This document shows, in pieces, positions 57,308-64,000 of a stretch of DNA of 64,000 bases. The position numbers were made by a program, and so were the translations under genes. The number at the start of each line of letters is the position of its first letter. Positions within the stretch are counted from its first letter, which is position 1. Source of the stretch: Piedraia hortae CBS 480.64. Its lineage: Eukaryota. The notes under the pieces were generated by a model that searched no databases, was not told where the DNA came from, and worked only from the letters and a program-made list of their open reading frames with translations. The DNA lies in NCBI GenBank assembly GCA_010093745.1, contig MU005999.1, positions 55,809-119,808 of the forward strand. Direction: 5' to 3'.

Positions 57308-57873
57308 AAGGGGGGAGATTGTGGAGAGGAGGAAGAGGAGAGCGGGAAGGAGACTGGGGAGGATGGTAGGAAAGAGGGTCCGTCAAAAGCACTTTTTACG
57401 TTGGATAAGAAGCGGCCTGCTACAAGGATGTAGGTTTGGGGATTGAAGAGAGGGAAAAGGGGCCTCTCTTGGGGATATATGGCCTTTTGGGGGCGTGTTG
57501 CTATGCTGGGTATACAAATCATTTGCGATTAATTTTCTGGTTTCGAAGGCGCTGCATAGCATTTCTGATGGCTGGATATATTATCCCTTCTCTGCTGCCT
57601 GCTCTGTGTGGTGATATTTCGGTCTGTTCAGCTTACAGGTTGCACCTTCCACCTGAGACAAAAACGATAACAGCATTGTAAGTGTATTAAACCCACCCTC
57701 AGTTGATTTCCATCAGCTGACGGTGAGTTTCAGCAACGTAGCCCCTTATACCATTTCAGTAACAAAAACATGGATCCACAATAAGTCTCAACACTATCAT
57801 TTTCCACCTCCACGTCACAAACTCATCAAGCATCAACCAACCACCAAAGCAACCCACCACAGTAAACCCCAAA

Positions 57874-58221
57874 ATGCCGCCCCACAACACCCTCTTCAAA
57901 CCCTGGCAATAAATCGAGCTAGCCTACCTCCGCCGCGCGCTGAACGACATCCAGAAGCTCAACCCCGGACTAAACCTCTCTATGGTTGAAAAAAGGCGCA
58001 TTTAGATTTACTCCTCCTTTGAGTATGTCCCGATGTATCACTCAACGAAAAGCTATGACGATCTCATCGCGGGCCTGTACTCAGATATTAAACATGGCAT
58101 CCCGGGCAAGGAGGCTGTTGGAGGTATCGAATATCTGATGCATGAGAATTTGGACATTTTTGATATTTGGGATGGGGTATCATCCAGGCAGAGATTGATT
58201 TCATTGAGCTCAAGCGGTTGA
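57874..58221 (+). pseudogene. Tandem paralog of 56906 with two premature stops
   Basis: MPPHNTLFKPWQ*IELAYLRRAL...VEKRRI*IYSSFEYVPMY...SYDDLI...IKHGIPG...DIFDIW. Stops at 57910-57912 (TAA) and 58003-58005 (TAG). Confidence 0.85.
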
Positions 58222-59627
58222 AGAGTGTGAAGGTAAGTGCGGAACAGGTTGATGAGGTGGCTTCGTCAAAGGAGGTTCTGGGAAGAATGGAAAGAAGAAG
58301 AAGAAAACGACGTTTGGCGATAAGGTAGATTGGAAGTATGGAGGTAAGAGGAGAGGGGTATCGCTTGGGGCTGGGATGTGATGATATTGAACGCTGGATA
58401 TACAGTTTGTTTGAGATAAATTTTCGAGTTTCAGGCTACTGCATAGCATTCGTGATGGCTAGATGTACCGAGAAGCTTTGTTGTGCGGTAGGGAAGGCAC
58501 TCCATGGACGTTACAGTGAATTTTTTTTCAAGTTCAGCGAGTATTTCCAAATACATGAACGCCGAACATAGCAAGGAGAATGTCTACGACTATCCTCTAA
58601 TGTGAGCATACGCCGCTGAATTTATCAGGTTCTCTCTCAAATGGAGTTGTACCTGTGGTTCAGGTTAAGACTTGTGAAGTGGCAAATGCGATCCCGTTGG
58701 CAGGTATCATGGAACTGTAATGTCCGCTGTCAAGAAATGAAATCGACGTCAAGGACAGCAATCCTCAGACAAGAGCATCAACAAGTGAGGCTCAGCCAAA
58801 CTCTTGGGAACGGGTGGCGAGGGCGGAGGAGGCGGTACTTTACATACCTTCCGCGAATAGACAAGCGCCAAAGACCAGACTAGACGGCTGAAGCGGGGTT
58901 TGGCGCATGCAACGCCACCTTGCCCCACGATTGGCTTCTTATCGCCTCGCTAGCCGCCTTCATTCGTGATTGGCTGATAACACACGCTGCCCAAACACCT
59001 GAGGTCTTGGCACCATGTAGCCTGGCTTGATGAATCACAGCTATGTACTTGTTGTGCGGTCTCCAGGGACTGTACATACAGCCTCTTGTCAGTTTATCTA
59101 CTACTTTGAAGCACATTTTGCCTCTACTCTAGTGACACTGTCTGGGGGTGGAATTTTGCGACAGCTGCTATTGATATAGCACCCATAAACAAGCAAGAGA
59201 ATCAGATAACAATCAAATTGAGTTCATACGGTAGTGGTGTTACATGGCAGAATGTAGCATCATCTCTGCGTTGGAAGTGAGGTTATAGTCGCTGTTAATG
59301 TCATCAGGAGCCAATAATTCCTTTGAACGTCGCTTGTTGAAAACCATGCTCAATAGCACATGAGCGAAAGCTGAGCCTTGGCCAGGTTACTGAGTTTCCT
59401 TGTCGATCGCCGATCTTCCCCATGAGCCACAATCGCCACCACAATACAAATCTGTCATAATTTCATCCAACCACCAGCAACGTTCAATAGAGACGTTGTA
59501 AGCACCTCATGGAGCGAAAAACAGTGGAGAATGTACTGGACGATACATCCGTACCTTCGGCAAGCAAGATCTGCATACATAGACCCGAGTTTGACCACTC
59601 CGGAAGCGGCGTCAGCATTTTATCCAA

Positions 59628-59997
59628 TGTCAAGACACAGAATTAGAGCAATCGAGATCACGCTGAATCGCATCGACACGCCCACGACCGGCCTAATGAC
59701 GCGTATGACCGGAGTATTGACGCTCCCGGCTGACGTATTGACTGCCGTGACCGGATCAATTGTTGGATTCAAGCATCGCCGCTAGCGCGTATGCAGGGCA
59801 CTTGCATAGCAAGTCAGCGATACCTCCTACACTACCGGCTGCACCCTAGGTTTTTCCCTCGCAGAGGTTTTCCCTCAGGGTCATGTCATATGTGACATGG
59901 TGAATACGACCCGCTAGTGTACGACGTGACGTCACCGGCCCACCGGTACAGAATTTTTATTCTGAACGTCCCCTCATTGAGATAGTCATTTTTCACA
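59628..59997. mobile_element. Solo-LTR-like dispersed repeat, copy 2 (inverted relative to copy 1)
   Basis: TGTCA...TCACA termini, 370 bp, with a core shared with 45286-45435. No target-site duplication. Confidence 0.65.
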
Positions 59998-60022
59998 CTA
60001 CCATGCTGCAACTGGTATTTGA

Positions 60023-60394
60023 CTCACATACGTCTACATCTTTCCTGTCCCTGATTCCGTCTATCGCTCCGTCCTCTTCGGGTCGCTGTGCACTCTCACC
60101 CACGAGAGCCAAATCCCTTCATCAATGACGCCCACGACCGAGAACTCATCCATCAGCAAGTCGGAACGTGAAAACAGACGCGAAAATCTCGCGGCTGCCT
60201 ATTGGCTTACTCATATAATCCCAGACTGAACGAAAAACAAGTTTAATGAGTATGTGGCTCATGTCCTTTCGTGCTTATTATATGGCGCCCCCTGCTGGAT
60301 TTATCGCGATGGCAACCCTGGGGATATCTTGCAGCGAATCCTGAGGTTAATCTCTTCATGGGTACAAGATGTACAGCTGCACAAGACTATGTAA
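60023..60394 (+). pseudogene. Possible fourth, highly diverged member of the small-protein family
   Basis: One frame reads ERENRRENLAAAYW...PD*TKNKFNEYVAHVLSCLLYGAP...ILQRILRLISSWVQDV, with TGA at 60227-60229. No 5' start is evident next to the LTR-like element. Confidence 0.4.
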
Positions 60395-61029
60395 TTGGGG
60401 TCCTCAATGATCGGAAGATCATTGAGCGGGCTTCTTTATAAGTTGGACGGCATTGAAGGGGAGCTTGATTTGTTTTGAGCAAGCGCTAGAAAGCGTGTTG
60501 ATGTGCGACCATCACATGTTGTATTTGAGGTAATTGACAAATGCATACGAAGGGTCATATGACGCGGAGTGTGTAAGCCCAGGAACCTGGTGGACTGGGT
60601 GTGTTTGTTTTTATGTTTTGTGTGTTTGGATGTCTTTTCTACGGGAATGTTGGGGGTTTTGTTTATGATCACCTTTTATGTTTATCAAGTCTTAGACAGA
60701 AGCCTACTTTTCGATCGGCTTACTTCCTTCGTCTACCTTTCCCGTCATCTTGTGTCGACCAAGTTATTCAAAGGGCTAGCCATAATATATTGCCCAGTAG
60801 TATCGTTGTGCATTATTGGGTCCATTCGACGCCTCATCGCCAGAACATTCGTATCCGGCCTTGACAGTTGTGTGCGCCGCCTTGGTCTGGAATTGATTGC
60901 ACTAGCCTACACTTGCCCTACCGCACAATCATCCCCTCCGGTGGAAATATGCTATAATTCACATTTCAAAGCAGGAATTCTCCCAAGATGATCGTACCGT
61001 ATTAAAGCTATTTTGCTACCATTAAGCTT

Positions 61030-61332
61030 CATCAGGGCCCAAGCAGAGATGCGACTGGGTTATACAGATAATGTGAACAATAAAAAGGACATCCACGTGT
61101 TGACCTACTCCACACTCTGGAGGCACACGTGGGACAGGGTTGCTCATGTAGGGTCCACACCCGTGAGCAGTGCCAGCGGGTGATGCACAAGGCACGACCA
61201 ACGAGACTGCACAAGGACATCCTCAGCTCTTTGCTCGATACCAAGCGCACAGCGGTATGGCTCCTCAGGACAAGCTTGCTACAACAATTTCGTGTGGCCG
61301 TGCCCACAAGAGACGAAGACAGCGAGATGTGA
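61030..61332 (+). mobile_element. 3' fragment of a Tad-like LINE ORF2
   Basis: IHVLTYSTLW and DILSSLLDTKRTAVWLLRTSLLQQFR match the typical C-terminus of fungal LINE ORF2. Confidence 0.6.
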
Positions 61333-61339
61333 GCGGCAC

Positions 61340-62300
61340 CGTTGACGCTGCGCTTTGGCGGACTTTGTAGGGCGCAGTTTCAGCCATTCGTCTGACAATA
61401 AGGCGTTCCAGACCTTTGCCGAGAAAGGAGAGCAGGGCGAGATTTCGGAATCATAACCACTTCCGCTGTCTTCCATTGCGAAAGGAAAAGCAGAGGCAGC
61501 TGTGGCGATTGTCAGGAACCACATTTTGACATCTTGCCAGCATGTCTTCGAAAAGCTCAATGGTCCCAAACGGCATCCCAATCCACAGCGATCTTCATAG
61601 TAACTTTGGTTTGCCATGCCTGTTCCCTGAGAACATGGGCAGTGCCGGCAAGACTTGCCTGTGTTGGGCGGCGGTGTACCGGAACTTTTTCTGACCATTC
61701 CTGTCGTTTCAGTACTCCTCTACACAGAGCCCCTGCCCTTTCAGTGTGTCTTCGATTATCTGGTCATTTAGTCTGGGAATCAGTTTGTGCCATTCTACAA
61801 TCTTGTAAAGCTCGCTCTCCGTCGAGATATCGTCGACGTCTCGGTGTAGTCTCTGCCTAGGACTTGGGTGAAACGACGAGCGGCCCATCTTCCAGCTGAC
61901 TGGCAGGAAGAACACGTACCCGGCGGTAGATTTGTCCAAGTCGACAAAAGACAGATCCGTGTACCCCAGCTCACGGTCGAGTGTGGAGCCTTTGTGAGAT
62001 ATGTATGTATGCCCATTGCCTTGGTTCCAAGGAGGTGTCGCAAGACGCGTTTGGCTGCATCGATAGAATATGGCCGTTGTGGACCGCAGCCTCATCTTGC
62101 TTATCCAAGCGAGCCATGAGTGCTCTGTGTGCTTGGAGTTCTCGAGCCAAAAACCGCCAGCTTCTTCCTGATATTTCTATCAGCTCGGGATGACACCATA
62201 TGATGCACTCTGCAAAAAAAGTGAAAAACATGATGTTGGCAACAACATGGATCGTTGGAACCGTCCATCAGCCGGGTGTAGAGTGACACTAGTTCAGCAT
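61340..62300 (-). mobile_element. Degenerate Tad-like LINE (endonuclease, linker and start of RT)
   Basis: SHKGSTLD (endonuclease), ELYKIVEWHKL (linker) and FRNLALLSFLGKGLERLIVRRM (RT, about 61381-61450), with stops and frameshifts. Confidence 0.8.
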
Positions 62301-63891
62301 GGTGTCATCGTCGTCTAGCTCGCTCATTCGGGGGAGAGTGACCCCTCCAGTCATTACTGGTGCTGGACGCACCGAGAGGGAACTTGCCCATAAAGTGCGT
62401 TCCTAGCTTTGGCACTATTGTACATATCTCGCGTCAAAACGATTGGCAACGAGTTTCCCGAGTGAGGGTAGGTCATCTGATGACCTCATTCCATCTGCTG
62501 TGAGATCAAATTTCGCGTAGTGGTGACTGGAGCATATTCCATTTTTCCAGGACGATCAATAACTTCCAGCCAATTAACATTTGGCGTCTGACGGATGTCC
62601 AACGCCACTCTCTGCTGCCGTTCCCTGTACGGAATCATTGCAATTTGCAAGGAGATTTGAAGCTGGCGCAGTTTCTCCAGAACGCTTCCATCAGCCTTGT
62701 GTAAAGTCCACCCCTTGTTTAGGATGACCCGATTTTTGTGGTTATATTCATCAACAACATCGACCTCCGTTGCTAGCCTGACTTCGGGCCAGGCCATTCT
62801 CACCCATTTCTTTCACTGCCTTCGAGAATGTCAGTCGGTCATCAGGGCTACCCAACTCGACGCTCGTCATCGGTCCAGGTCGGGAGTGTAGACTGACTTG
62901 CCGGACCGCTTGGCGGATAGGCTTCCGTGAGGTGGTCATATATCTCCTCAAACGTTTGAAGCATTAAGGCGATGGAGGGGACTGCACGAGAGCGGCTTTT
63001 ATAGATGCATTCCTGGCGTGACATTGGGTATATACCCCCTCATGGAGTTTCGCGATTGTGAAAGGTGATACTGCGTCGAACAAGAGGATAGTTAGTCCCA
63101 TTTGCTCACTGCCTTCTTCGACTTATCGCCCACATTTCTCAGTTTGTCGTCGTACATTGTGCCTTTGATAACCAGGTCCAGCGCGGGGACAGTCGCTTGA
63201 TCTCAGGAGACTCAAGTCTTCATACAACGGCCCGTGGCCTTTGCGTATCTCTTTGTGGCAGCCACTCATAATTTCAAGCTCACCGCGAATGGGATGCTGC
63301 TTCCAGATAGGGCGTACTGTGGACGTTGTGGATACGTCGAAGGAAATGTGCGCATCTCCTAACCATCTGAGGTAGGTCAGTACGATTAACGGCACTGTGG
63401 AACCCATAATGCACCATAACGGGCACACTGGATGGCCTACAGGCGTCCGGCTGCGTGTATGTGATGTCGCCTTCGATGAGGAATAATTCCAATGGGTGTG
63501 CTTGTGGTTCTTCCGCATTCTTCGAGGCGGCGCAAGGGTTGAACCCGCACAAGGCAAAAGAGCCATGCTGATCTTCTTCCGGCGTGGTGGTATCAAGTTC
63601 TTCGGAAAGGGCGACACTTTTGGCTGTGCCCAGCTCTTTCAAGAGAAATCTGGGCCGGTAGATAGTCTGAAAACCACATTTCACGACCCAACACTGCATT
63701 TGACAGGCGCATGCAAGCGGGCAAACGCCTTGTACGATTTTTGGGACCAGTCCAAGCCAAACTTCGTACAAAGGACACTCCTTCCGATAGCTGCTCTGTG
63801 CTGCGCTGCAACGTGCAGAAGCGGAGGATGCAACATGGCCAAATCAAAGATTCAGAAACATACCTGCCGAATGGAACGCCAAACGCGCAAC

Positions 63892-63918
63892 GACGAACGA
63901 GACGAACGAGACGAACGA
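63892..63918. repeat. (GACGAACGA)3 tandem repeat
   Basis: Directly visible in the sequence. Confidence 0.85.
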
Positions 63919-64000
63919 GTTTGGTTGGTGCGACGTTGTGTTGTGTCGCGAGGTTTGGTGAGGTTTTGGTGGGGGTTACCCCCAGAAATGGCCCTTTGGG

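Noticed and set aside
58880..59560. Possible degraded membrane transporter on the minus strand
   Set aside because: Only scattered hydrophobic fragments; too weak to call.
59840..59917. Resemblance to an HDV-like or hammerhead ribozyme (CCTCGC, GGG-hairpin-TGAAT, CTGA/GAAA)
   Set aside because: P1, P2 and P3 pairings cannot be built with correct spacing, the catalytic C position is T in both copies, and there is no CUGANGA core.
59882..59918. Helitron 3' end (hairpin followed by CTAG|T)
   Set aside because: Similarity to the 45-kb copy continues beyond CTAG, and the TG...CA termini fit an LTR better. Not fully excluded.

Overview
Compact, intron-containing eukaryotic DNA from a filamentous ascomycete (Pezizomycotina). 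This is inferred from the protein families, the GT-AG introns with CTRAC branch points, and decayed repeats that look RIP-mutated. About 22 intact genes are present: cyclophilin A, Ent3 epsin, RPL23, HMG-CoA reductase, a forkhead factor, cactin, XLF/Nej1, Rad17, a divergent Mpe1/RBBP6, Rtc1/WDR24, a MARVEL-like protein, a LicD/Mnn4-like protein, a peroxisomal enoyl-CoA hydratase, kinesin-8, an Nbp2-like SH3 protein, a GH16/CBM18 Crh transglycosylase and several hypotheticals. Three accessory islands (about 4.3-8.6 kb, 27.9-32.4 kb and 56.3-64 kb) hold stop-riddled pseudogenes, an internally deleted copia element, LINE fragments and solo-LTR-like repeats with conserved hairpins. The most unusual signal is an unrecognised small-protein family with up to four copies (two intact, two broken), all in TE-rich islands. 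No tRNA, rRNA or CRISPR array was recognised. Family names come from motif recognition by eye; no database search was run.
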